Assembly (NCBI GenBank): GCA_039589615.1
Contig: JBDHHA010000024.1
Span: 3,888 to 67,887, forward strand
DNA length: 64,000 nt
Origin: Gemmatimonadota bacterium
GTDB taxonomy: Bacteria; Gemmatimonadota; Gemmatimonadetes; Gemmatimonadales; GWC2-71-9
Direction of reading: 5' to 3'
Shown here: piece after piece, positions 10,082 through 22,466 of the stretch
Layout of the letters: every line of letters begins with the position of its first letter
How positions within the stretch are numbered: the stretch's first letter is position 1
Notes under the pieces: model-generated
Told to the model about the DNA's origin: nothing
Seen by the model: only the letters and a program-made list of their open reading frames with translations
The model's database searches: none
Translations under genes and position numbers: made by a program

Positions 10082-10899
10082 TAGACGGGAATCTCGGAAG
10101 GTGCGCCAACAGTCGAGTCTGATTGCGTGCTGGCTTCGCAGGAGCGGAGGAATTCTTGCGCCAGCGCCAGATAACTCTTCGCACCAACCGACTGCACATC
10201 GTAAAGCAAGATCGGTTTGCCAAAGCTCGGCGCCTCCGCAATACGCACGTTGCGCGGCACGACAGTATTGAAGACCTTTCCGCCGAAGTACTCCCGCGCC
10301 TCGTTCGCAACTTGCTTCGACAGATTGAGTCGTGCGTCGTACATGGTCAGCAACACGCCCTTGATCGCCAATTCCTCATTGAAGTTCTGTTGCACCAGTT
10401 TGATGGTGTTCAACAACTGGGAAAGACCTTCGAGGGCGTAGTATTCACATTGAATCGGAATCAACACCGCGTCGGCCGCCGTGAGCATGTTCAGCGTGAG
10501 CAAGCCCAAGGACGGCGGACAGTCGATGAGTACGTATTCGTATTCGTCGCGCGTCGACCGCAATGCTTCTCGCATCGCCGTCTCGCGGCCGGGCCGGTTC
10601 ACCAGTTCAATCTCCGCACCCACGAGATCCTGGGTGGCCGGAATGACATCCAACGCGTGAAAGTTGACCTTCCGACGCATCACGTCTGCCAACGACCTCT
10701 CCCCCATCAACGCGTCGTACAGCGACCGCTCCAAGACGTGTCGGTCGATCCCGATTCCGCTGGTGGCATTGGCCTGGGGGTCTGCGTCCACCAGAAGGGT
10801 CTTCCGCTCCGCCGCCGCCAACGACGCAGCCAGATTGACTGCCGTCGTGGTTTTGCCGACACCACCCTTTTGGTTCGCGATCGCTAAGACTAGGCCCAT
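10081..10899 (-). CDS. parA: Chromosome partitioning ATPase ParA (Soj)
   Basis: Deviant Walker A NQKGGVGKTTTAVNLA and a ParA/MinD fold throughout. The stop shares nt 10081 with the parB start. Confidence 0.92.
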   Translation of the reverse strand: MGLVLAIANQKGGVGKTTTAVNLAASLAAAERKTLLVDADPQANATSGIGIDRHVLERSLYDALMGERSLADVMRRKVNFHALDVIPATQDLVGAEIELVNRPGRETAMREALRSTRDEYEYVLIDCPPSLGLLTLNMLTAADAVLIPIQCEYYALEGLSQLLNTIKLVQQNFNEELAIKGVLLTMYDARLNLSKQVANEAREYFGGKVFNTVVPRNVRIAEAPSFGKPILLYDVQSVGAKSYLALAQEFLRSCEASTQSDSTVGAPSEIPV

Positions 10900-11036
10900 T
10901 GTTATGTAATTACTTTAATTTCAATTGTTTATGCAATAAAAAGGAGAACGATACCATTCGCCACGGGCCGAATATACGGTACAAGAGTCTGGGAGTAAAG
11001 AACTTTTGGGTGGGTTTAGGTCGCTCGAGTCCCGGG

Positions 11037-11052
11037 AGTTTCACGTGAAACA
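11037..11052. other. parS centromere-like site (15/16 match)
   Basis: AGTTTCACGTGAAACA versus the consensus TGTTNCACGTGAAACA. It lies in the mnmG-parA spacer. Confidence 0.85.
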
Positions 11053-11067
11053 CCGGCGACCAGCCAC

Positions 11068-11083
11068 TGTTTCACGTGAAACA
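11068..11083. other. parS centromere-like site (perfect palindrome)
   Basis: TGTTTCACGTGAAACA, an exact consensus, 31 bp centre-to-centre from the first site. Confidence 0.9.
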
Positions 11084-11152
11084 TCACCGGTCAGGCAGCC
11101 TTCCGGTTGCTCCTGGTAGGACGTGGATTCTGTTCCGGAGACGTCGCGATGC

Positions 11153-12967
<1,815 letters not shown>

Positions 12968-13336
12968 CTCCTTATCCGGTTTCGCGCAGCGGTAAAAAGT
13001 AGCACGATGCGCCGGCTCTGCAGGTCACCAGATGCTCCCTTGAGGGCCGCAAGGAAGCAAATGGACGGCTCAATGAGTTCATCGAGAGTAGTTGCACCAA
13101 CTACTAACTACTTCTCGCCACTGCTCCCCCCTCGACAGCCACACCAAGCCTCTCCCGAAAGGAACCCCCTCCCGGGCCCGGATGTTTACCAATCGAGGTT
13201 CGGTGCCGCTGCATTCCTCAACCCCGGAACTTTTAACCGCGGAATCCGATTCGCCAAGTGCAGGATAGGCTGCAAACGGCGGATTTCAGCCCCGGGGCGG
13301 CAAGGTCCCCGGGATAGTAGAGAATCTGAGACAATC

Positions 13337-14023
13337 ATGAAGCTGCACGACCGACAAAACGGGGACCTTCGTCAGAACGTCATCGACCTGCGCCTGGCTG
13401 CGCGGCTCCGGAGCATCGCCGACTCCCAACGGGCTCCGGCCCGCCTGAGGGAGCGTGTTTACGCTGGCCTCGCCGTCGAGCATTTGAGGGCCAGCCGCCG
13501 ATCGGCTTTTCGCTGGGACCTGATAGGGGCTGCGGGAGCCGGGGCATTGGCCACCGCTGCGGCGTTCTCTATCTGGCTCGCCACTCCACCTCCCCAGCGG
13601 ACGATCGAGGCCGAATCCTGGGTCGACGTCGCCATGAATCAGGTGACGGGTCCCGCTTTGGTCCAGACCAGCCAGCCGGCTTTTCTCCGCTCCTGGTTCG
13701 AGTCACAGGCAGGCTACACCATCGACGTCCCCAACATCCCCGAGGCCACCCTCAAGGGTGGGCGGCTTGCATATGTGAACGGGATTCAGGGTGTCGCTGT
13801 CGAATACCAGATCGACGGCCAGGAGCTCACGTATCTGATGGTGCCGGAGGGGAACGTGATGGACATGCTGGCCGAGGCGGGGGACACGTTGGTGACGTGG
13901 TCCTCCCGGGGATACCAGATCGTGATGTGGAAGCAGGGTGGTGGAACGAGGGCCCTCGTGGGTCCAATCCCGTCAAAGGACCTCTACGCCATCGCGGACC
14001 ACTGCCGTCGCACGATGATCTGA
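13337..14023 (+). CDS. Single-pass membrane protein resembling the TM + periplasmic part of RsiW/COG5662-type anti-sigma factors; no zinc-finger N-domain
   Basis: ATG 13337. One TM helix (GAAGAGALATAAAFSIWLA). The extracytoplasmic region has the pattern WFESQAGYTIDVPNIPEATLKGGRLAYVNGIQGVAVEY typical of these anti-sigma factors. Upstream in-frame codons (12914-13336) have low GC3 and overlap mnmG, so they were rejected. Confidence 0.55.
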   Translation: MKLHDRQNGDLRQNVIDLRLAARLRSIADSQRAPARLRERVYAGLAVEHLRASRRSAFRWDLIGAAGAGALATAAAFSIWLATPPPQRTIEAESWVDVAMNQVTGPALVQTSQPAFLRSWFESQAGYTIDVPNIPEATLKGGRLAYVNGIQGVAVEYQIDGQELTYLMVPEGNVMDMLAEAGDTLVTWSSRGYQIVMWKQGGGTRALVGPIPSKDLYAIADHCRRTMI

Positions 14024-14030
14024 CTCGGCG

Positions 14031-14345
14031 CTAGCCGGGGCGAATCCAGATCGCTCCGTTCTCGACCTTCACCTCGTACGTTCTCACCGGCTCATTCGCC
14101 GGTGGGGACTTCACGCTTCCGTCCCGGACATCGAACACCGCACCATGCAGTGGACATTCCAGCTCGTACTCCGGCCCCACGCTCCCGTCGGAGAGGGGGT
14201 ACTCCGCGTGGGTACACCGATCCCGAACGGCAAAGACCCCGCCCTGCACTCGGGCAAGACACACCCGGTCGCCGTTGTCGAGTTCCACGGACATCAGCCG
14301 CCCTTCGCTCAGGCTGGCATCCTCAGCGATCTTCACGAATTCCAT
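14031..14345 (-). CDS. Rieske [2Fe-2S] ferredoxin, terminal gene of the suf operon
   Basis: CTHAEYPL ... CPLHGAVF (CxH ... CxxH). Confidence 0.85.
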   Translation of the reverse strand: MEFVKIAEDASLSEGRLMSVELDNGDRVCLARVQGGVFAVRDRCTHAEYPLSDGSVGPEYELECPLHGAVFDVRDGSVKSPPANEPVRTYEVKVENGAIWIRPG

Positions 14346-14382
14346 TCGTTGTCATTCAGTTGAACTGGTTGGATGAAGGACC

Positions 14383-14832
14383 CTACTCCGTCGACACGGT
14401 GTTTTCCGTGTGGGCCAACGCGGCCCGCAGCGTGTGCCACGACAGCGTGGCACACTTCACCCGCGCCGGGAATTCCCGTACGCCCGAGAACGCCGCCAGC
14501 TTGCCGAGCACCTTGGCATCGCCCTCGGCGTCGGACCCCATGATGAGGTGGTGGAATGCGTCAAACAGTCCCTCCGCCTCGGCAGTCGTCTTACCCTTGA
14601 CGGCCGACGTCATCAGGGACGCTGACGCCTTGGAGATAGCGCATCCCGACCCCTGGAACCCGATATCCTCTATGACCCCGTCGCTCACGCGTATGTAGAG
14701 TTTGAACTTGTCACCGCACAGCGGGTTGTTGGCGTCGGCCACGCGGTTGGCGCCGTCGATCTCCTTGAAGTTCCGCGGCGCCCGATTGTGGTCCAAGATG
14801 ATCTGCTGATACAGTTCCCTCAGATCCGACAT
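14383..14832 (-). CDS. sufU: SUF system sulfur-transfer/scaffold protein SufU (IscU-like)
   Basis: NPLCGD, GSGCAISKASASLM, and a C-terminal ARVKCATLSW. Confidence 0.85.
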   Translation of the reverse strand: MSDLRELYQQIILDHNRAPRNFKEIDGANRVADANNPLCGDKFKLYIRVSDGVIEDIGFQGSGCAISKASASLMTSAVKGKTTAEAEGLFDAFHHLIMGSDAEGDAKVLGKLAAFSGVREFPARVKCATLSWHTLRAALAHTENTVSTE

Positions 14833-16103
14833 TACCCAAGCACCTCCCGGACCCGCCTCAACCCTGCTGCAAGGATATCGACCTCGTCCTTCGTATTGTA
14901 CAGGGCGAACGACGCACGAGCCGTCGCCGCCACACCGTAGAAGTCCATCACCGGCTGCGCGCAGTGATGCCCAGTGCGAATCGCAATCCCGTCCTGATCC
15001 ACTATGGTCCCGATGTCGTGGGCGTGAATGCCCTCCAAGAGGAATGACAGGACCGCTGTCTTGTGCTCTGCGGTTCCGATGATTCGAACCCCGGGAACCG
15101 CACCGATCGTCTCATGGGCATACCGGAGCACCTCGTCCTCATAGCCCGTCAAAGCATTCCAATCGAACGCGCTCAAATAGTCGATCGCCGCGGCGAGGCC
15201 CACGGCGCCGGCGATGTTCGGTGTCCCTGCTTCGAACTTCGTCGGTATTGGCGCGTAACTCGTGCGCTCGAAGCTCACCGTTCGGATCATGTCACCGCCA
15301 CCCTGATAGGGTGTCATCGCCTCGAGTAACTCCGCCCGACCGAACAGCACGCCGATACCGGTGGGCCCGAACATCTTGTGACCCGAAAGGCAATAGAAGT
15401 CGCACCCCATCTGCTGCACGTCGATGGGCAGATGCGGCGCGGCCTGGGCACCGTCCACCAGCACCGGTATGCCCCGCTCGTGGGCCGCCGACGCGATATC
15501 CCTCACCGCATTCACCGTTCCCAGGGCGTTCGACACGTGTGCCACCGCCACCAGCCTGGTGCGTTTCGTCAGCAGGGCGTCGAGCTCTTCCACCTTCAGC
15601 TCTCCCGACTCCGTCATGGGAAGGACCCTGATCTTGGCCCCCCGCTCGTCCGCCGCCAGTTGCCAGGGCACGATGTTGGAGTGGTGCTCCATTTGGGAGA
15701 CGAGGATCTCGTCCCCCTCCCGGAGACGGGGACGCAGGTAGCCGGCTGCCACGAGGTTGATGGCGTCGGTGGTCCCTCGAACGAAAACCACCTCCCGAGA
15801 CTCCTTCGCGCCGAGGAAGCCCCGGGCCTTCTCCCGCGCTTGCTCATACGCGGCGGTCGCCCGCTCACTGAGGTAGTGGACGCCGCGGTGAATGTTGGAG
15901 TTCTCGTGAGAGTAGAACCGCGTTATCGCGTCGATGACGACCTGCGGCTTCTGGGCGGTGGCCGCGTTGTCGAGATAGACGAGCGGTTTTCCGTTGACGC
16001 TTCGCTGCAGGATCGGGAAATCCCGCCTCACGCCCTCGACGTCGAATCCCCTCGCCGCCGTCGAGGACAACCCGTCCTCCGCCAGAACGGGTTGCCCGCT
16101 CAA
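14832..16103 (-). CDS. sufS: Cysteine desulfurase SufS
   Basis: PLP lysine context LSGHKMFGPTGIG and the active-site loop RTGHHCAQP. It overlaps neighbouring genes by 1-4 nt. Confidence 0.92.
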   Translation of the reverse strand: MSGQPVLAEDGLSSTAARGFDVEGVRRDFPILQRSVNGKPLVYLDNAATAQKPQVVIDAITRFYSHENSNIHRGVHYLSERATAAYEQAREKARGFLGAKESREVVFVRGTTDAINLVAAGYLRPRLREGDEILVSQMEHHSNIVPWQLAADERGAKIRVLPMTESGELKVEELDALLTKRTRLVAVAHVSNALGTVNAVRDIASAAHERGIPVLVDGAQAAPHLPIDVQQMGCDFYCLSGHKMFGPTGIGVLFGRAELLEAMTPYQGGGDMIRTVSFERTSYAPIPTKFEAGTPNIAGAVGLAAAIDYLSAFDWNALTGYEDEVLRYAHETIGAVPGVRIIGTAEHKTAVLSFLLEGIHAHDIGTIVDQDGIAIRTGHHCAQPVMDFYGVAATARASFALYNTKDEVDILAAGLRRVREVLG

Positions 16104-17443
16104 GGGGCCGTTCCTCCCCTACCGCTTCGGAGCTGCTCCTTGATGAGCCGGTCCAGACAGTCGCGGACCTCCGGGACCGCCACACGGTTCAGAATCTCCA
16201 CACCGAAACCATAGGTCAAAAGCGCCCGGCCCGCTTCGGCCCCAATGCCGCGGCTCTGGAGATAGAACAGCGCATTGTCGTCCAGCGGTCCCAGCGTGGC
16301 GCCGTGGGTGCACCGTACGTCGTCGGCATAGATCTCGAGCTGGGGTTGGCTGTCCGCCCTGGCGTCCTCCGACAGCAGCAGGTTGTTGTTGGTCTGCTTG
16401 GAGTCGGTCTTCTGCGCTCCTCGACGGACGATGATCCGGCCGTTGAACACCGCATGAGAGCGATCGTCGAGTATGCCGTTGAAGTACTCGTGACTGTCAC
16501 AGTGGGGCACCGCGTGCTCGATCACCGTGTTGTGGTCCACATGTTGATTGCCGCCCGCGATGTAGAGACCGTTCAGCGTCCCCTCGCCCCCCTCGCCGGC
16601 CAGCGCCATCCAGATGTCGTGCCGCGCCAGGGCGCCGCCGAACACCACAGGCGTCATCGAGTACCAGCTGTCACGCCCCTGACGCGAGTTGCTCGTGGCA
16701 ACGTGAAACGCTTCGTCACCCTCCCGCTGGATGCGGTAGCAGTCCGCTCGGGCGTTGTCCCCCACCGACACCTCGGTGACCGCGTTGGTCAAGTACGGGT
16801 GTCCAGTCGCACCACCGTAGGATTCGACCAGCTGGATCGACGCACCCTGCTCCACCACCACCAGGTTTCTCGGGTGGGACATGATGGGCTCGCTGCCGGC
16901 GGTCGTGAAAAACAGCACCTGCACCGGCTTGTCGACCACGGTGTTGGCCGGGACGTGGATGAAGGCGCCGTCTCCGGCAAACGCCGTGTTGAGCGCCGTG
17001 AAGGGATTATCGTCCACCGGGCTGTGCCGTCCGAGGTACTCCTCGACCAGCTTGCCACTCTCCTCCACCGCCGCTCCGAGATTCTGGACCTTCACGCCGG
17101 GAGCAAACTCCGGAACCGTCGAGAGGCTTTCCGCAAACCGTCCGTTGACGAACACCAGGCGAGCCCCACCCTCGATGGGAAGGAAATACGGGTCGAGCTG
17201 CTCGGGGACGAGGGTCTCTGCGTCCCGTGCCAACGCAAACGCGTGCTGGGTGATGGGCTTCACGTTGGTGAAGCGCCACTTCTCCTGCCGGGTGGTGGGA
17301 AACCCCAACGCCGTAAACCGCTCCAACGCCTCCTCCCGGACACGCTTGAGCCACGCCGGCGCCCTCGCGGCGCCGTTGGATGCGAACGCTTGGTATTGGT
17401 CGACGAACCGCTCGGTGCCCACCGCTTTGTTGCCTGGAGCCAT
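16100..17443 (-). CDS. sufD: Fe-S cluster assembly protein SufD
   Basis: SufB/D beta-helix C-terminal region (RAxSQPQLEIYADDVRCTHGATLG). I prefer ATG 17443 (MAPGNK), 4 nt after the sufC stop, over the track start 17503, which overlaps sufC. Confidence 0.88.
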   Translation of the reverse strand: MAPGNKAVGTERFVDQYQAFASNGAARAPAWLKRVREEALERFTALGFPTTRQEKWRFTNVKPITQHAFALARDAETLVPEQLDPYFLPIEGGARLVFVNGRFAESLSTVPEFAPGVKVQNLGAAVEESGKLVEEYLGRHSPVDDNPFTALNTAFAGDGAFIHVPANTVVDKPVQVLFFTTAGSEPIMSHPRNLVVVEQGASIQLVESYGGATGHPYLTNAVTEVSVGDNARADCYRIQREGDEAFHVATSNSRQGRDSWYSMTPVVFGGALARHDIWMALAGEGGEGTLNGLYIAGGNQHVDHNTVIEHAVPHCDSHEYFNGILDDRSHAVFNGRIIVRRGAQKTDSKQTNNNLLLSEDARADSQPQLEIYADDVRCTHGATLGPLDDNALFYLQSRGIGAEAGRALLTYGFGVEILNRVAVPEVRDCLDRLIKEQLRSGRGGTAP

Positions 17444-17447
17444 GAGC

Positions 17448-18197
17448 CTACGCCGCCTCTTCCTTGAGCCAGTCGTAGCCCTTCTCCTCCAACTCCAGGG
17501 CAAGCTCCTTGCCGCCCGACTTCACGATGCGCCCGTTGGCCAGGACGTGTACGTGGTCGGGAACGATGTAGTCCAGCAGCCGCTGGTAGTGGGTCACCAC
17601 CACCGTGGCGTTGTCGGGCCGCCGGAGCTTGTTCACCGCGTCGGCGACGATCTTCAAGGCATCGATGTCCAGTCCGGAGTCCGTCTCGTCCAGGATCGCC
17701 AGCTTCGGCTCCAGCACGGCCATCTGGAGGATTTCGTTGCGCTTCTTCTCACCGCCGGAAAAACCGTCGTTCACCGGCCGGTTCATGAGGCTGTCGTCCC
17801 ACCCGATCTGCTTCAGCTTCTCCTCGAGCACCTCAACGAAGTCGAGCACATCGTACTCATCCTCGCCGCGATGCTTGCGGATCGCATTGACGGCCGACCG
17901 GAGAAAATACGCGTTCGTGATGCCGCGAATGGCCACGGGGTACTGGAACGCGAGAAACACCCCGGCGCGGGACCGGTCCTCCGGCTCCATGTCGACCAGA
18001 TCCTCGCCCAGGTATTTCACCGAGCCCTTCGTGACCTCGTAGGACGGGTGCCCCGCCAGGACCTGGGCGAGCGTGCTCTTGCCGGAGCCGTTGGGCCCCA
18101 TGATCGCGTGGATCTCTCCCGGCTTCACCGTGAGGTCGATCCCCCGAAGGATCTCCTGGCCTTCGGCTGTGGCGTGCAGGTTCTTTATCTCAAGCAT
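17448..18197 (-). CDS. sufC: Fe-S cluster assembly ATPase SufC
   Basis: Walker A GPNGSGKST, signature FSGGEKKRNEILQ, Walker B LAILDETDSGLD. Confidence 0.93.
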   Translation of the reverse strand: MLEIKNLHATAEGQEILRGIDLTVKPGEIHAIMGPNGSGKSTLAQVLAGHPSYEVTKGSVKYLGEDLVDMEPEDRSRAGVFLAFQYPVAIRGITNAYFLRSAVNAIRKHRGEDEYDVLDFVEVLEEKLKQIGWDDSLMNRPVNDGFSGGEKKRNEILQMAVLEPKLAILDETDSGLDIDALKIVADAVNKLRRPDNATVVVTHYQRLLDYIVPDHVHVLANGRIVKSGGKELALELEEKGYDWLKEEAA

Positions 18198-18225
18198 CGT
18201 TCCGTTCGTCGCTCCAAGACCGTTG

Positions 18226-19556
<1,331 letters not shown>

Positions 19557-19560
<4 letters not shown>

Positions 19561-20228
19561 TCCCCGTCAGCGTCCCGCGGTGCGGCGCCGCGGAAATCGA
19601 TGGCATATTCGCAGGCGTTGCATCCGCCCATGATGTGCTTCTTGCGCTCGACGCGAGCGCCCAGGACTTCTTTCAGGAACTGCAGCTCGGTGTCGCACAC
19701 CTCCGGCAGGCAGGTGGCCACAGCGTGGAGCACGCAGTTGTGCACCGAGAGCCTCACCTCGTCGCCCTCCTGTGACGACTCCGCCATGAAGCCCGCCTCT
19801 TCCATCACGCCGGCCACCGTCTTCAACCGGTCGAACGGCGTGGGATCGTCGTCCGTCCCCCGCAGCCGGCGGCGGAGATCCGCGTACTGTTCCTCCACCA
19901 CGGCGATGGCGGCGTCCCTACCTCCCGTGTCGACGACGTGGCCGATGAGCCGGGTGAGGGCCTGCTCGTACTGCTTGGGAAACAGCGCTTCGCCGTCGGC
20001 GCTCAGCCGATAGGCATAGGTGGGAGCACCCGTGCCACGCTGCTCCCGCCCATAGGCAATCAGCCCCTCGGCCTCCAGCTCCTTGAGGTGCCGGCGGACG
20101 GCATTGGCCGAGACACCGAAGATATCCCCAAGTTCTTTAGCCGTAAGGGGTTGTGCTTTCTTGACCTGGAGGAGGATCTCTCCTCGGAGGCCTTTTTGGC
20201 CAGCCAAACGCGGTAGCATATAATTCAT
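19557..20228 (-). CDS. sufR: SufR-like transcriptional regulator (winged HTH + C-terminal Cys cluster)
   Basis: N-terminal w[34 protein letters not shown]-terminal cysteines at [14 protein letters not shown] and GGCNACEY. It is the first gene of the suf operon and overlaps sufB by 4 nt. Confidence 0.75.
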
Positions 20229-20481
20229 AGGGGCGCGAATCTTACCTGGATCTCCCGCTTACTGCAACTAATTTAACGATTTTGTTTGTGAATTCGAAGT
20301 GAAGACGACTTCTAGCTGTTCTAATACAATGTCATTAAAGAACTTATGGTGTTTTGGACGGCCGGGAGGATCCGGTGGGAGAGTTCTATTGACCGCTCAC
20401 AGCACACCGTGTTGTCGGGCAGGGCAAACGGGCTCTAATTCATGGTGGGCATTCTCAAATCCAGCCTCTTTAGGAGGAGCA

Positions 20482-21756
20482 ATGAAGACACTGAGTCTCC
20501 GATCCGCCGTCCTGGCGAGCTTCGCCGTCGGAGCCTGTTCCGGCGGGGACTCAATCAATTGGGCGGGGACCGTGACCGATAGTGCCGGCATCACCATCGT
20601 GCAAAACCCCGCCGAGGGCGTGTGGAACGCCAACAGCGGATGGGGTGTGGAGGAGGAGCTTCGCATCGGAACCGCCGATGGCGATCCCGACTACATGTTC
20701 GGCTCCATCGCGGGGATTGCGGTGTCGTCCGATGAATCGATCTACGTCCTCGACACCCAGGCGTCCCTGATCAGGGCGTTCGATCAATCGGGTGTTCTCC
20801 AGCACTCCTTCGGCAGCAAGGGAAACGGCCCCGGCCAAATGGAGCTTGGCGCAGCACCGCTACTCATCGGCGCCGGCGACACCGTCTACGTTCCCGACAT
20901 CAGCAACCAACGGGTCAATCTCTACACCGCCGACGGCACCGCGGCGGGAAGCTACCCCGTGCGAATGGAACAGGGCGTTCCGTTCAAGTGGGAAGCGACG
21001 GAATCAGGCGCCATCGTCAATCAGGTGCGACGCCTGGCGTTCGAGCCGGGCCAGACGCCGGACACGATGGACATCGTGGCCGTGCGGGACGCCGAGGGAG
21101 CCGCAGTCGACACGCTGCTGCGGTTCCGATCGGGCGCGACGATCTCGTTCGGCGGCAGCGGCGCACCCGAGATGAAGCTGTTCACCCCCGAGCCCATGTG
21201 GTCGCTGGCCAGCGGCATGGGTGTGTGGCACGGTGTGAACGACGACTATCGCATCGGACTGTACGAGTCCGGCTCACTCACCAGGATCATCAGCAAGCCC
21301 TTCGAGGTGGCTCCCGTTACCGAGCGGGACATCGATGTCATCAAGACGGCATTCAGGGGTCTTCTCGAGCAAATGGGGCTTCCTCCCCAGGCATTCCAGA
21401 TCATCGAACAGGGCATGTCCTTTGGCGAGTACTTCCCGGCGTACGCCCAGTTCCTTCAAGGGCCCAACGAAAGCATCTGGGTACAACACTTGGTGGTACC
21501 CAGTGAGCTGAGCGACGAGGAAATCGAGGACTTCAATCCGCAACTGGGGATGGGATCGCCCAACTGGGACGTGTTCGACGGCAGGGGACGCTTCCTGGGC
21601 ACCCTGGCGATGCCCGACAAGTATCAGCCCATGCGGTTCTTGGGAGGGGACATCTACGGAATCTGGCGGGACGACATGGACGTGCAGTACGTGTTGAAGC
21701 TCCGGATCACCGGCATGCCGGGCATGGACAGGGGCGGAGTGCAGATCTCGGACTAG
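20482..21756 (+). CDS. Lipoprotein, 6-bladed beta-propeller (NHL-like) family
   Basis: ATG 20482 is preceded by AGGAGG (20473-20478). Signal peptide plus lipobox LASFAVGAC. Repeated motifs of the type IYVLDTQASLIRAFDQSG. The track start 20299 lies in an AT-rich, low-GC3 leader and was rejected. Confidence 0.7.
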   Translation: MKTLSLRSAVLASFAVGACSGGDSINWAGTVTDSAGITIVQNPAEGVWNANSGWGVEEELRIGTADGDPDYMFGSIAGIAVSSDESIYVLDTQASLIRAFDQSGVLQHSFGSKGNGPGQMELGAAPLLIGAGDTVYVPDISNQRVNLYTADGTAAGSYPVRMEQGVPFKWEATESGAIVNQVRRLAFEPGQTPDTMDIVAVRDAEGAAVDTLLRFRSGATISFGGSGAPEMKLFTPEPMWSLASGMGVWHGVNDDYRIGLYESGSLTRIISKPFEVAPVTERDIDVIKTAFRGLLEQMGLPPQAFQIIEQGMSFGEYFPAYAQFLQGPNESIWVQHLVVPSELSDEEIEDFNPQLGMGSPNWDVFDGRGRFLGTLAMPDKYQPMRFLGGDIYGIWRDDMDVQYVLKLRITGMPGMDRGGVQISD

Positions 21757-21809
21757 GGCCCGCGTTGGATGGCGATGGGGGCAAAGGGCATCACCCTTTG
21801 CCCCTTTTC

Positions 21810-22415
21810 CTATCCTTGGACCCTCTGGTCCTCGCGTCGCTGGAGCGACCGATATTGGCCGGGGGTGTTGAGGTCCTCCACAACGGCGGAGTCCGCCACG
21901 GGCACCCTCAACACCCTGGACGGGTCGGCCCGGACCACAGACCTCGCCCCCTCCTGGTCGGGGGCGCTGAGTAGCTCGTCGAACACCTCCCTGCCGAAGA
22001 TCACCGGGTGCCCCCCCTTGCCCTCGAACACGGGAACCACGATAGCGGCAGCGGACTCCCGGAACTCGTCCACCAGGGTCTCGACGGTGGCAATAGTCAC
22101 GTGGGGCATATCCACCGGCCACACCAGAAGGCCGTCGATGGGATGGGCCTGCACCTCCCGTATCGCAGCCCGGATCGAGCCGATGGGACCGGCGTCGAAG
22201 CGCTCGGTGGTCACCACCGTGACATCACGTAAGTCGTGTTTTTCCAAGATCTTATCTGGGTTCGGCCCAACCACGACGATGCGGCGGTGGATCCCTGCGG
22301 CGGCTGTCGCATCCAGGATGCTCTGGAGGAACGTTCCATGATGATACGCCAGGAGGGCCTTGGGATATCCCATCCTGGACGACGCACCGGCTGAAAGAAT
22401 TGTGGCCGCAATCAT
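21810..22415 (-). CDS. MobA/MocA-like nucleotidyltransferase (molybdenum cofactor cytidylyl/guanylyl-transferase family)
   Basis: N-terminal ILSAGASSRMGYPKALL (the LAAGxSxRMG motif). Confidence 0.7.
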   Translation of the reverse strand: MIAATILSAGASSRMGYPKALLAYHHGTFLQSILDATAAAGIHRRIVVVGPNPDKILEKHDLRDVTVVTTERFDAGPIGSIRAAIREVQAHPIDGLLVWPVDMPHVTIATVETLVDEFRESAAAIVVPVFEGKGGHPVIFGREVFDELLSAPDQEGARSVVRADPSRVLRVPVADSAVVEDLNTPGQYRSLQRREDQRVQG

Positions 22416-22466
22416 GTTTCGTCCCTACATTGGTGGTCCACTTGGAACCGGGGGGGTAACCCGGAA

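Noticed and set aside
15072-15090. tRNA T-arm-like string GGTTCCGATGATTCGAACC
   Set aside because: It is embedded in the sufS coding sequence, and no acceptor, D or anticodon arms can be drawn. It is a coincidental match.
20299-20481. Upstream extension of the beta-propeller lipoprotein ORF
   Set aside because: It lies in the AT-rich suf/lipoprotein divergent promoter region with low GC3. An internal ATG at 20482 has a strong AGGAGG and yields a signal peptide with a lipobox.
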